Below, one piece after another: positions 31,863-44,735 of a stretch of 64,000 nt of DNA. Source of the stretch: an uncultured Verrucomicrobiae bacterium (GTDB taxonomy: Bacteria; Verrucomicrobiota; Verrucomicrobiia; Limisphaerales; Palsa-1400); contig CAVPOM010000006.1 of the NCBI GenBank assembly GCA_963707025.1, positions 160,001 to 224,000 of the forward strand, read 5' to 3'. How positions within the stretch are numbered: the stretch's first letter is position 1; each line of letters starts with the position of its first letter. The notes under the pieces were generated by a model. It was not told the DNA's origin. It ran no database searches and saw only the letters and a program-made list of their open reading frames with translations. Position numbers and translations under genes: made by a program.

Positions 31863-33355
31863 TGAGCTGGACCCCTATTTTTAGACCACAGGTAAGTTTC
31901 GATTTTTGCCGGTTTGCTGTAGATAAGAAAGAGCAGACTTATGAAAGCAAAACGGAAAAGACACAGTGCGGCCTTCAAGGCCAAAGTGGGATTCGAAGCC
32001 CTGGTGGGGCTGAAGACGGTCGCGCAATTGGCGCGAGAGTATGCGGTGCATCCGGCGCAGGTCACGCAGTGGCGGGCGACGATTCGGGATCACATGCCCG
32101 AATTGTTTGAGCCCGGGCAACCCCGCACGGAGGATCAGGAACAGTTGATTGCCCAACTGCATGAGAAGATTGGCCAACTGACGGTGGACTTGGACTGGCT
32201 TAAAAAAAAGTCCAGGCAACTGGGGCTTTAACATGTTTAATCGCTCCCGATCCGCAGCTCAGCGTGCGGCGCCAGTGCGAGCTGCTGGCGGTGTGCCGTG
32301 GCAGTTATTATTACCAGTGCTGTCCGGAGACAGAGGAGAACCTGGCGCTGATGCGGCGGTTGGACCAGATGCATTTGGACCACCCGGTTTATGGCAGCCG
32401 CAAACTGACCGTGCTGTTGCGCCGGGAGGGTTTGACCATCAATCGCAAACGGGTGGTGCGGCTGCTGCGGTTGATGGGGATCGAGGCGATTTACGCCAAG
32501 CCCAAGACGAGTCTGCGGGAGATGGGGCACCAGATTTATCCGTATCTGTTACGCAATTTGGCAGTGACGGGACCGGATCAGGTTTGGTGTTCGGACATTA
32601 CGTATGTGCCTATGGCAACTGGGTTTATGTATTTGGTGGCGGTGATGGATTGGTGGAGTCGTTACGTGCTGGGATGGCGCTTGAGCAACACGTTGGAGGC
32701 GGACTTTTGTGTGGACGCTTGGGAGGCGGCGTTGCGGGCGGGGCGTCAGGCGCCGTTGATTTCCAATACCGACCAGGGATCGCAGTTCACCTCCCCGATG
32801 TTTATCGATGCGGTGGAATCGGCGGGGGTGGACGTGAGCATGGACGGACGGGGTCGCTGGATGGACAACCGGTTTATCGAGCGGCTGTGGCGGAGCGCCA
32901 AGTATGAGGACATTTATTTGCAAGACTATGGCGACGGGTTGGCGGCAGGGCGCGGACTGGGCCGGTGGTTTGACGGCTACAACCGGGAACGACCGCACCA
33001 GGCGTTGGGCTATGCGACGCCGGCGGACGCGTATTTTGATCCCGGCACGCATGGAGCCCAACCGGCCAAATGGGAAGCGATGCAACCTGCCAGAGGCAGG
33101 AGCGATCGCAGCACTTGACAGAGAGGCAGGCGGCAGGAAAAGGCTTGAAATCAGACCGCCTGCGGCGGTAGAGTTGAGAACCCTAAGAAAACGGAGAGGG
33201 AGGACGGGCAGTGCTCCGCATCGCTCGTTCTCTCTTTCGAAAGGGTTTTGAAACACGGAATGAACAGTAGTCAACTACAATTAGTAATGACAGCAATCGG
33301 CAAAAGTCGCGCTTATTTCATGCGCTCCGTGGTCTAAAGGATGGGGTCCACCTCA
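31863..33355 (+). mobile_element. IS3-family insertion sequence, copy 2
   Basis: Same TIRs and identical translated ORFs (31941-32231, 32264-33118) as copy 1. Confidence 0.95.
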
Positions 33356-33595
33356 ATCCGCCGCATAGGAGTCGAAATAGATCACCTCGATGTTTTGCAG
33401 TCGAAGGTCAGCACGCCACATTTCAGAAAACGTTGTTTTCCCCGCTCCCCATGGCGCGTTCACAAAAATGACGAGATTCTCGGAAATATTTTGCAGTACA
33501 TTCGAGAGCGATTTGGCGAATTCTTCCCGCCCGAAGAGCGCATCTTTCAAAGGCTCTTTCGGATCAATAATCGTCTTTGGTGGATTTAGTCTCAT
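33356..33595 (-). pseudogene. KAP family P-loop NTPase, N-terminal Walker-A fragment
   Basis: DALFGREEFAKSL...VNAPWGAGKTTF...IYFDSYAAD; starts 11 bp after the gyrA stop. Confidence 0.88.
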
Positions 33596-33606
33596 ACGGT
33601 TTGGGC

Positions 33607-36261
33607 CTACGAGGGAGCCGGTTCGTTGGGGTCTTCTTTTTCTTCGCTGATGACGGGGGCGATGGCTTTTAGTTTGTCGGCGGATTCCAGCTCGATCAGC
33701 TTCACACCCTGGGTGTTGCGGCCGGTTTCGCGGATGTCGTTGACTTTCGTGCGCACCATCTGGCCGGTCACGGTGATGAGCATGATTTCATCTTCGCTCT
33801 TGACGGTGAGCGCGCCCACCACGTTGCCGGTCTTTTCGGTGGTTTTCATGGTGATGATGCCCTTGCCGGCGCGGGATTGCTGGCGGTATTCGCCAAAATC
33901 GGTGCGCTTGCCGATGCCGTTTTCGCCGGCCACCAGCAGCATGGCGTCCTGCACCACCACGGCCAGGGCGACCACGGCGTCGGTTTTTTCCAGGGTGATG
34001 CCGCGGACGCCGCCGGCGGGGCGGCCCATGGAGCGGACGTCTTCCTCGGAAAAGCGGATGCTCTGGCCTTCGCGGGTGATGATGACCACTTCGTCGTGGC
34101 CGGAGGTCAGAACCACGTCAATCAGGGTGTCGCCCTGCTCGATGCCGATGGCGATGATGCCGCCGCGATGGATGTTGGAAAATTCTTCCAGGGCGGTTTT
34201 CTTGACTGTCCCTTGGGCGGTGGCGAAGAAGATGAAATTGGGCTGGGTCCAGGTCAGGTCCTCCTTGTTCGCGCCGGTTTTGGCCGGGACGCGGATCATG
34301 GCGGCGATTTTTTCGTCGGCCTTCAATTCGAGCAGATTGGCGATGCTGCGGCCCTTGGAGGCGCGGCCCATATCGGGGACTTCATGGACGCGCTCGACAT
34401 AGACGCGGCCGGTGTTGGTGAAGAACATGAGGTAGTCGTGCGTGCTGGCGGTGAAGAGGTGCTCGACAAAATCCTGGTCCTCGCCCGCCGCGTCGGAAGT
34501 TTCGCGGGTGGTCATGCCGATGACGCCCTTGCCGCCGCGGCGCTGGGCGCGATAGGAGCTGACGGCGGTGCGCTTGATCAGGCCGGCGTGGGTGATGGTG
34601 ATGATGACGCCTTCGTTGGCGATGAGGTCTTCGATGGCGATCTCGCCTTCGTCGGGCACCAGATCGGTCAGGCGCGGGGTGGCGTGTTTGGCTTTGATCT
34701 CGCGCAGTTCCTCCTTGATGATGGTGAAGACGCGGGTTTCCTTGGCCAGGATGTCGAGCAGGTCCTTGATCCGTTCCAGGATTTGGGCGTATTCGGCCTT
34801 GACCTTGTCCACTTCCAATCCGGTCAACTGGTAAAGGCGGAGGTCCAAAATGGCGTTGGCCTGGGCTTCGCTGAAGGAATAGCGCCCGCTGGTCAGGCGA
34901 TTTTCGTCACGGATGAGGACCCCGAAGCGCTCGACCTGGACGCGGGTAAAGTCGAAGGCGAGCAGTTTGATGCGGGCCTCCTCGCGGTTGGAAGACTGGC
35001 GGATGATGCGGATGAATTCGTCCAGGTTGGCCAGGGCGATGAGGTAGCCGTCGAGGGTTTCGGCGCGCTCCTCGGCCTTGCGCAGGTCAAAGCGGGCGCG
35101 GCGGATGACGACTTCGCGGCGGTGCTCGATGTAGCAATTGATGATCTCCTTGAGGGTGAGGGTTTTGGGCCGGCCGTGGTCAATGGCGAGGGCGTTGACG
35201 CTGAAACTGCTTTCCAGGGCGGTGTTTTTGTAAAGGTTGCTGATGACCACTTTGGCGATGGCGTCGCGTTTCAACTCGATCACCACGCGGGTGTTCTCGT
35301 CGGATTCATCGCGCACGGCGGTGATGTCAGTAATAACTTTCTCGTTGACCAGCTCGGCGATGCGCTCGACCAGCACGGCGCGATTGACGTTGTAAGGAAT
35401 CTCGGTGATGATGATTTGCTCGCGTCCGCCCTTGAGCGGTTCCACGCCCACCCTGCCGCGGACCTTGAGGCTGCCTTTGCCGGTGGAAAAATACTCCTTG
35501 ATCGGGTCCATGCCGCAAACCATGCAGCCGGTGGGGAAGTCCGGCCCTTTGACATGCTTCATCAGTTCGGCGACGGTGATGTCGGGATTGTCAATCTGCG
35601 CGCAGATGCCGTCAATGACCTCGCCCAGGTTATGCGGGGCCATGTTGGTGGCCATGCCGACGGCGATGCCGGTGCCGCCGTTGACCAGCAGATTGGGAAA
35701 GGCGGCGGGAAAAACGGTTGGCTCCTGATGTTCGCCGTCGTAGTTCGGGACGAAATCAACGGTGTCCCGGTCCATGTCGAGCATCAAAATGGCCCCGAGA
35801 TGGCGCAGACGGGCCTCGGTGTAACGCATGGAGGCGGGCGGGTCGCCCTCGACCGAACCAAAATTACCCTGGCCTTCGATCAACATTTCGCGCATCGCCC
35901 AAGGCTGCGCCATGTGGACCAGGGTCGGGTAAATCGCCATGTCGCCATGCGGATGGTATTTGCCCATCGTCTCCCCGACAATGCGGGCGCATTTCAGAGT
36001 CTTGCGCGCCGGCAGGACGCCCAGCTCGTACATGGCAAACAGAATGCGGCGTTGCGAGGGTTTCAAGCCGTCGCGCGCGTCGGGCAGGGCGCGGGAAATG
36101 ATGACCGACATGGAGTAATCGAGAAAGGAATTCTTGATCTCGTCGGCCACGTTGATCTTCTGGACCTTCTCGTTGGCGGCGAAGAGCGGGGTGATGCTGA
36201 CAGGCAACTGCTCCCTGGGTTCGTTGGGTTCGCCGGGTGGGATGGGGGTTTCGTCGGGCAT
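33607..36261 (-). CDS. gyrA: DNA gyrase subunit A
   Basis: RALPDARDGLKP, GKYHPHGD, SMRYTEARL, GyrA-box QRRGGKG, beta-pinwheel repeats. Confidence 0.98.
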   Translation of the reverse strand: MPDETPIPPGEPNEPREQLPVSITPLFAANEKVQKINVADEIKNSFLDYSMSVIISRALPDARDGLKPSQRRILFAMYELGVLPARKTLKCARIVGETMGKYHPHGDMAIYPTLVHMAQPWAMREMLIEGQGNFGSVEGDPPASMRYTEARLRHLGAILMLDMDRDTVDFVPNYDGEHQEPTVFPAAFPNLLVNGGTGIAVGMATNMAPHNLGEVIDGICAQIDNPDITVAELMKHVKGPDFPTGCMVCGMDPIKEYFSTGKGSLKVRGRVGVEPLKGGREQIIITEIPYNVNRAVLVERIAELVNEKVITDITAVRDESDENTRVVIELKRDAIAKVVISNLYKNTALESSFSVNALAIDHGRPKTLTLKEIINCYIEHRREVVIRRARFDLRKAEERAETLDGYLIALANLDEFIRIIRQSSNREEARIKLLAFDFTRVQVERFGVLIRDENRLTSGRYSFSEAQANAILDLRLYQLTGLEVDKVKAEYAQILERIKDLLDILAKETRVFTIIKEELREIKAKHATPRLTDLVPDEGEIAIEDLIANEGVIITITHAGLIKRTAVSSYRAQRRGGKGVIGMTTRETSDAAGEDQDFVEHLFTASTHDYLMFFTNTGRVYVERVHEVPDMGRASKGRSIANLLELKADEKIAAMIRVPAKTGANKEDLTWTQPNFIFFATAQGTVKKTALEEFSNIHRGGIIAIGIEQGDTLIDVVLTSGHDEVVIITREGQSIRFSEEDVRSMGRPAGGVRGITLEKTDAVVALAVVVQDAMLLVAGENGIGKRTDFGEYRQQSRAGKGIITMKTTEKTGNVVGALTVKSEDEIMLITVTGQMVRTKVNDIRETGRNTQGVKLIELESADKLKAIAPVISEEKEDPNEPAPS

Positions 36262-36279
36262 GGAGAATTAAAATGGAGT

Positions 36280-36543
36280 TTATTGGGCAGGTGGAGGGCC
36301 GGCGGCCTGGAGGCGCGCGATGATCTGATTGAGTTCCTTGAGGCGCTCTTCGCCGCGGCGTTCGATGTCCAGGGTTTCATCGGGCCGGAGCGCGACGACT
36401 TTGTCATCGCGCAAAACAACGAACTCGGAGTCGAATTGGCGGGCGCGCCGGATGGCGTCGAGCTGGGCATTTTGAAACGCGCGCAACTCCTTGTAGTCGT
36501 CCACGTCCAAAATATCGTCGCTCCAATTATAATCCACGATCAT
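36280..36543 (-). CDS. Small hypothetical protein, partner of the zeta-like ATPase
   Basis: 87 aa; 4-bp overlap with the upstream ATPase; AIRRARQF...VVLRDDKVV. Confidence 0.7.
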   Translation of the reverse strand: MIVDYNWSDDILDVDDYKELRAFQNAQLDAIRRARQFDSEFVVLRDDKVVALRPDETLDIERRGEERLKELNQIIARLQAAGPPPAQ

Positions 36544-37118
36544 AACACAACTCCTGCTTGTGAGAGCACGGCCGACCAGAGCGAGCGATCGCGAATGACA
36601 GTGCGGCCATTTTTCTGGACCGCCACCAGACGCAATGACTCATTGGAATTATCAAACAGCTTCCAGGCGTCGTCCAGCGGGCAAAAGTCGTTGAAGAAAT
36701 TGGCGAGGGTTTTTAAGAACCGGCGGCGAACATCCCGCACCGGAACGTCGTGTCCCCCTTCGCGAACGCGCCGCCGGATTCGGTCAATGGATTCTTCCAA
36801 GGACTGAATCCAAATAAATACCAGCTTGATAAGATAACCCGCGGCCTTGGCTTTCACCACCCAACTTTTCGTGGTGCGGCCACTCAAGGTCATTTCCCAG
36901 GCAAAGGTTTTTCGCTCACGGATCAGGCGACCGACCCGGGTGAGCGCAATTCGGGCCGCCGCGCCCGCCGCCGCATCCGGGGCAAACGGGGACAAGCCGC
37001 GCGCGATCAAATCCACATTGACAAACTCCAGCTCGCCGGATTCCTCCGGCAAAAAGCGGCTGGCGAAGGTGGTCTTGCCCGCGGCGTTGGGGCCGGCGAT
37101 GAGGTAGAGGGTTGGCAT
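36540..37118 (-). CDS. Zeta-toxin-like / AAA_33 P-loop kinase (COG4185-like)
   Basis: IAGPNAAGKTT, FVNVDLIA, EMTLSG, RVREGGHDVP...RRF, FDNS. Confidence 0.88.
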   Translation of the reverse strand: MPTLYLIAGPNAAGKTTFASRFLPEESGELEFVNVDLIARGLSPFAPDAAAGAAARIALTRVGRLIRERKTFAWEMTLSGRTTKSWVVKAKAAGYLIKLVFIWIQSLEESIDRIRRRVREGGHDVPVRDVRRRFLKTLANFFNDFCPLDDAWKLFDNSNESLRLVAVQKNGRTVIRDRSLWSAVLSQAGVVL

Positions 37119-37123
37119 GAATG

Positions 37124-39610
<2,487 letters not shown>

Positions 39611-39854
39611 TCATGCTCAATTTTGGCCGTGGAAATCGTCTCAGCGCCACCGTTTTTGGGCGCGCGAATCGCTCCCTAAAAGAATAGGGAAAAAGGCGTG
39701 GGAAAACAAACTTTTTTTGCGCTTTTTTAAGCGAAAAAACGCAATTAGTTGTGGGGTCCGGCCCGCCCCTACGCCAAGGGTTGTGGAGCGTCTTTGGGCC
39801 GGCCGCCCGGCCAGAAACGGCCGGGCGCGCTGGCCCTTCGGGCTGCCGCCGCGA

Positions 39855-41666
39855 TTACCAGAACTTGATGTAGAACAGGACGACGCAGGCGATAACGATC
39901 AGGCTCAAGATGACGTCCATTGCGTTCCAACTGGCTTTGGTGGCGGCTTTTTCCTCCGGGGAGGCGCCATACCAGGTGTATTTGACGGTCTTTGGATCCG
40001 GCGCCTTGGTCATGAGGCTGATGACGATCATGAGGACGGCGGTGAGGACGAACAGTTCCTGGCAATAATACCATTGGTGGATGTTCCAAAAGTCGAAGAT
40101 GAGGCCGAACTTCGCTTTGATGGGTGCAATGGCTGCGTTGTACTGATCCAAGGTCAGAGTGCCATGGTAAACCTGCTCTTTGAGCTTGGTCACCATGTCA
40201 GAATCGTTACGCATGATAAGGTCGGCCGCGAGTTTGGCGAAGCCGCCCAGCACACCCACGGCAAAGGACCAGAGGGCTGCCGGGGCAGTGGCGCGCTTCC
40301 AAAAGACGCCCCCAATGAACAGCACCGCGATGGCGGGCGAAAGATAGCCTTGCACCGCCTGGAGATACAAATAAAGGTTTTGACTAAGACTCTTGATCAC
40401 GAGCACCCAGCAAATACCGACAAAGACAATCACCGCCGTGGCAATGCGGCCCACGACCACCTCGGTCCGGGGGGGGGTGTTGGGAAACCACTCCCGGTAG
40501 AAATCCATGGTGAAGAGTGTGGCGCAGGCGTTGAATTTGGAGCCCAGCGAAGCCATGAGGGCGACGATCATGCCGCAGGCCACCATGCCCCGGAGGCCGT
40601 GGGGCAGGATTTGTGCCACCAGCGAGGTATAGGCTTGATCACCGTTGGTGGTGAAATTCGCGTCCGGGGTCTGGGTCAGCGCAAAAGCGATCATGCCAGG
40701 CACCAGGAAAATGAACACCGGCGTCAGCTTGAAGAAGCCGGCCAGGATGGTGCCTCGGCGGGACTCCTGCTGGTTTTTGCCGGCGAGCACGCGCTGGACG
40801 ATATACTGGTCGGTGCACCAGTACCAGAAGCCGATGATGGCCGAAGCGGGCAGCACCGCCAGCCAGGGAAAATCAGGATCCTTGTTGGAGCGGATCAAAT
40901 GCACATTGTCGCCGACTTTCGCGAGGGTGGTGTGCCAGCCTTCAATGAGATTGCCGTGGCCCAGAACTTTCAGTCCCATGTACAGGATGCAGACCGAACC
41001 CAGAATTAGCACGGGGGCCTGGAGCACGGAGGTGTACATGATGACCCGCATCCCGCCAAAAATCGTGTAGAGGCCGGTGGTGAAGGCCAGTCCGAGCGCG
41101 ATGACCCAGAAAACGTCAATCTGGTGTCCAAAGATGACAACATGGTCCACGTTCAACAGGGTGCGGATGACGACGTCGCCGGCGTAAATGGTCGCGGCAA
41201 TTTTGGTCAGCACCAGACTGGCGACGGTGAGCAGACTCAGGATGTTGCGCGAGCCGCGGCTGAAGCGCAGTTCGAGGAATTCGGGCATGGTGAAGATTTT
41301 CATGCGGTCGTAGAGCGGCACGAAAGCCCAGCCCAGAATAATGATCCACCACGCATGCATCTCCCAGTGGGCCATCGCCATGCCCGTGATAAACCCGGCG
41401 CCGGCCAAACCGACGAGGTGTTCGGAGCCGATGTTGGAGGAAAAGATCGAGGAACCGATCTGCAGCCAGTTGGCGTCGCGCCCGGACAGGAAGTAGTCCT
41501 TGCCGGACTCGTTCTTCTTGAGCATGGAGTACCAGACGACCGCGACCATGCCCAAGCCGAACAAGACGATCACGAACCAGTCCCAGCTGTTGAAAACCGT
41601 GCCGCTGCCAGGCGTGGCTGCGGCGGCCGGTTGCACCGCCGCGAAGAGGGGAGTCGGTAGATTCAT
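39855..41666 (-). CDS. Sodium:solute symporter (SGLT-like sugar transporter)
   Basis: YFLSGR, SNIGSEHLVGLAG, TMPEFLELRF, WYWCTDQYIVQR. Confidence 0.93.
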   Translation of the reverse strand: MNLPTPLFAAVQPAAAATPGSGTVFNSWDWFVIVLFGLGMVAVVWYSMLKKNESGKDYFLSGRDANWLQIGSSIFSSNIGSEHLVGLAGAGFITGMAMAHWEMHAWWIIILGWAFVPLYDRMKIFTMPEFLELRFSRGSRNILSLLTVASLVLTKIAATIYAGDVVIRTLLNVDHVVIFGHQIDVFWVIALGLAFTTGLYTIFGGMRVIMYTSVLQAPVLILGSVCILYMGLKVLGHGNLIEGWHTTLAKVGDNVHLIRSNKDPDFPWLAVLPASAIIGFWYWCTDQYIVQRVLAGKNQQESRRGTILAGFFKLTPVFIFLVPGMIAFALTQTPDANFTTNGDQAYTSLVAQILPHGLRGMVACGMIVALMASLGSKFNACATLFTMDFYREWFPNTPPRTEVVVGRIATAVIVFVGICWVLVIKSLSQNLYLYLQAVQGYLSPAIAVLFIGGVFWKRATAPAALWSFAVGVLGGFAKLAADLIMRNDSDMVTKLKEQVYHGTLTLDQYNAAIAPIKAKFGLIFDFWNIHQWYYCQELFVLTAVLMIVISLMTKAPDPKTVKYTWYGASPEEKAATKASWNAMDVILSLIVIACVVLFYIKFW

Positions 41667-41707
41667 ATATTGGAGAGCCTGTCTGTTTAAGGTTCGGCAA
41701 ATTTGGC

Positions 41708-42862
41708 TTACTGAACCGAGAAGCGGTAGATGATGGTGTTTTTATAGGTCTCGCCCGGCTTCAGCTCGGTGGTGGGGAATTGCGGCTTGTTGGGTGAATC
41801 GGGATAATGCTGCGGTTCCATGCAAAAGGCGGCGTGCTTTTGATAGACCCAGCCGCCCTTGCCCGTGATGGTGCCGTCCAGGAAATTGCCCGAGTAAAAC
41901 TGCAACGCCGGTTCGGTGGACCACACTTCCATGACACGTCCGGTGGTTGGCTCGCTCACATGCGCCATCAGGGTCAGTTCGCCCATCTTTTTGTTGATCA
42001 CCCAGTTGTGGTCATACCCGGGACCAAGCTTGAGTTGGGCGTTGTCCGCGTCAATCCGGGCGCCAATGGCCATCGGCTTGCGGAAATCAAAGGGCGTGCC
42101 CTCCACGGACTGCAGGTTGCCCAAGGGAATCAGGCCCGCATCCACCGGCGTGATGTTGTCGGCCGGAATCGTGACGATGTGGCCGAGGATGTCGCCTTTG
42201 CCCGCCAGGTTCCAGTAGCCGTGATGGGTCAGATTGACCACCGTGTCTTTGTCCGTGGTGGCAGTGAAATCAATCCGCAGTTCATTGTTCCCCGTTAGCG
42301 AATAAACCGCGGTGACTTGAAGAGTACCGGGATAGCCTTCCTCGCCGTCCTTGCTGGTGTAATGCAAAGTCAATTGCGGACCGGCCCCGCTGTCTTCTGT
42401 CATCCGGACGGCAGTCCACACTACCTTGTCGAAGCCCTTGTTGCCGCCGTGCAGGGTGTTGCCGTTGTTGTTGGCCGCCAGCGTATAGGTCTTGCCGTCC
42501 AGGGTGAAAGTGGCCTTGCCAATGCGGTTGCCGTAGCGGCCAATAAGCGCGCCGAAATAGGGCGGGGGCGGGGTCTTGGTGTAGTCCTCCAGCTTGTTGC
42601 AGCCCAGGACCACGTCGCCGAATTGGCCGTTCTTGTCCGGCATTTTCAGCGAGAGGACGACGCCGCCGTAGGTCATGATGCGGGCCTCCGCGCCTTTGGA
42701 GTTTTTCAAGGTGTAAACGTCCACCGCCTGACCATCGGGCGTCTTGCCAAAGGCCTCCTTGGTTATGCCCTGGTTGGAGGTTCCCCCGGGGCCGCAGCCG
42801 ACCAGAAAAGCGGCGCATGCGCCCGCGCCAACGACGATTATCCTGCCGATCATGTTTTTCAT
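41708..42862 (-). CDS. galM: Aldose 1-epimerase with lipoprotein-type signal
   Basis: GRYGNRI, LHGG, NLTHHGYWNL, GYDHNW, CMEPQHYPDSPN; N-terminal FLVGC. Confidence 0.93.
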   Translation of the reverse strand: MKNMIGRIIVVGAGACAAFLVGCGPGGTSNQGITKEAFGKTPDGQAVDVYTLKNSKGAEARIMTYGGVVLSLKMPDKNGQFGDVVLGCNKLEDYTKTPPPPYFGALIGRYGNRIGKATFTLDGKTYTLAANNNGNTLHGGNKGFDKVVWTAVRMTEDSGAGPQLTLHYTSKDGEEGYPGTLQVTAVYSLTGNNELRIDFTATTDKDTVVNLTHHGYWNLAGKGDILGHIVTIPADNITPVDAGLIPLGNLQSVEGTPFDFRKPMAIGARIDADNAQLKLGPGYDHNWVINKKMGELTLMAHVSEPTTGRVMEVWSTEPALQFYSGNFLDGTITGKGGWVYQKHAAFCMEPQHYPDSPNKPQFPTTELKPGETYKNTIIYRFSVQ

Positions 42863-42943
42863 AGTGTGTTTTTGGGTTGATTGAAACGGATTGGATGGCC
42901 GTGGTTTTGTGTTCAGACGTGTTTGAAGGTTTCAGGTTTCAGG

Positions 42944-43636
42944 TTATTTCTGCCCGTAATACGCGCCCGGACCGTGTTTGCGGAAAAAATGTTTGGCCAG
43001 CAGAACCGGCTGCATCGGTTTGACTTTGGGATGGAGGCGCAAAGTTTCGGCGGCCAGCCGGGCCACGAACTCCAGCACCACGGCGTTCTCCACCGCCTGG
43101 CGGACGCTTTGGCCCCAGGTGAACGGCCCGTGGCTGGCCACGAGCACGGCAGAATGATGCGCCGGATCGAGCTTCTTAAATGCCTCAATAATGACATGGC
43201 CGGTGTTCACCTCGTAGTCTGTCTTGATTTCCGCCGGTGTCAACAGGCGGGTGCAGGGAACTTCCCCGTGCCAGTAGTCGGCCTGGGTGGTTCCGTAGGA
43301 GGGAATGCCCCGGCGCGCCTGCGCCCAGGCGGTGGCAAACAGACTGTGGGTATGCGCCACCCCGCCGATTTCCTGAAACGCGCGATAAAGCACCCGGTGC
43401 GTCGGCGTGTCGGAACTGGGCTTGAGCCTGCCCTCGACCACCCGGCCCGTCGCCAGCGAAACCACTACCATCTGTTCCGGCGCCAGGCCTTCGTAAGCCA
43501 CGCCGGAGGGTTTGATCACCAAGTGGCCGCTGGCGCGGTCAACTCCGCTGACATTGCCCCAGGTCTGGACGACCAAGCCCTCCTTGACCAGATCCAGATT
43601 GGCCTGGCAGACCTGCCTTTTAAGTTCTTCGAGCAT
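42944..43636 (-). CDS. araD: L-ribulose-5-phosphate 4-epimerase
   Basis: TWGNVS, IKPSGV, PSSDTPTH, HTHS, HGPFTWG, KHGPGAYYGQ. Confidence 0.95.
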   Translation of the reverse strand: MLEELKRQVCQANLDLVKEGLVVQTWGNVSGVDRASGHLVIKPSGVAYEGLAPEQMVVVSLATGRVVEGRLKPSSDTPTHRVLYRAFQEIGGVAHTHSLFATAWAQARRGIPSYGTTQADYWHGEVPCTRLLTPAEIKTDYEVNTGHVIIEAFKKLDPAHHSAVLVASHGPFTWGQSVRQAVENAVVLEFVARLAAETLRLHPKVKPMQPVLLAKHFFRKHGPGAYYGQK

Positions 43637-43743
43637 GGGCGATTACAAATCATGGCCAGACCGCTGGCCTTGGCCGGAACTCATCCGATGCGCTCCGGGA
43701 AGCGCCAATTTTGGGGAAGCGGAGGTTGACGGCAAGTTAATTC

Positions 43744-44214
43744 TTAGCCCGGTCGAACCAGCAAGGAACTACTTCGCTTTCCACGAGGACGGATCTGCCT
43801 TGCGCCAATTCCGGGCTTTTGCGACTTGCGCGCGACGGCGCGAGGCGGTTTCGGTTCAGCAATAAGAATCTCCGCCGGGATATGCAGATGTCGGTGAAGA
43901 TTGCGCATCATGGGAACGGAAAGGCGGCGGCGCCGGTTCAAAACCTCGGAAACACGAGCCCGGCTGCCCAGGGATTTCTCCATGTCCCGCCGCGTCAATC
44001 CCTGCTGCTCCATGCGAAAACGAATCGCTTCAATGGGATCGGGAGGTGGGATGGGAAAATGACGCCTCTCGTAATCGTTGATGACCAAAGCCAACAGCTC
44101 CATCTGCGCAAACCCCGCCGTACCGGCTGGCGGGTCGGTTTCCATAAGGTGTTCCAATTCGCGCAGAGCCGCTTCGTGCGCCTCTTTATTGTGAATGACT
44201 TGAACCTTCATCAT
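43744..44214 (-). CDS. higA: HigA antitoxin (HTH)
   Basis: YERRHFPIPPPDPIEAIRFRMEQQGL...SEVLNRRRRLS. Confidence 0.9.
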   Translation of the reverse strand: MMKVQVIHNKEAHEAALRELEHLMETDPPAGTAGFAQMELLALVINDYERRHFPIPPPDPIEAIRFRMEQQGLTRRDMEKSLGSRARVSEVLNRRRRLSVPMMRNLHRHLHIPAEILIAEPKPPRAVARKSQKPGIGARQIRPRGKRSSSLLVRPG

Positions 44215-44498
44215 TAGAACTTTATTTTGTCGTATTCGGCGTGTGTGCCAAACCATTTGACCAGCACCAGGCCGGCCGTATAATTTACTCTCACCGCCAA
44301 ACGGTAACGATTGCCTTTGATGTTAAAGATCACGACGTTTCCCGCAAGAATACTGGCGCTGGCATATCTTTGCTTAATATCGGCGGGATTTCGCCACTGC
44401 GCCTGTTCCGCGTCGGCAAACTATGCCGCCAATGGCCCCTTCGCGTCGGCGTGTTTTTGGCCGCCTTTGATCAGTTCTTCTCGATTGCTCAGGATCAT
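44214..44498 (-). pseudogene. higB: HigB toxin with an in-frame TAG at codon 26
   Basis: Manual translation MILSNREELIKGGQKHADAKGPLAA*FADAEQAQWRNPADIKQRYASASIL...VIFNIKGNRYRL...WFGTHAEYDKI; TAATG coupling to higA. Confidence 0.88.
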
Positions 44499-44638
44499 CG
44501 TGTTCCCAAACAGGGAACTTTATGAGCGCTTCGAGACTTTCAGCCAAGAGAATTTTTAAGAAATTCTGCGCCCGTGTCGCGGGCGTGCTCCGCTGGTTGG
44601 ATTCCAACCTGGATACCCGGCCTTCACTGACCTTCATC

Positions 44639-44673
44639 GGAATGGAGTTGTGGAGTGGTGGAGTGATGGAGTG
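44639..44673. repeat. Degenerate 8-mer tandem repeat (TGGAGTGR)
   Basis: GGAATGGAGTTGTGGAGTGGTGGAGTGATGGAGTGA. Confidence 0.6.
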
Positions 44674-44735
44674 AAGCCAAAGGGGAAAATGAGAAATCAC
44701 TTGAAATAAGGCCAAACAAGTGGGAGATTCCCACC

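Noticed and set aside
28469..33355. Composite transposon formed by the two IS3 copies
   Set aside because: Outer flanks (TGC / ATC) are not duplicated, and the enclosed DNA is collinear pieces of the resident KAP gene
44421..44423. TAG in higB as stop-codon recoding
   Set aside because: TAG terminates other genes here (e.g. dnaE, gyrA), and no recoding machinery is visible
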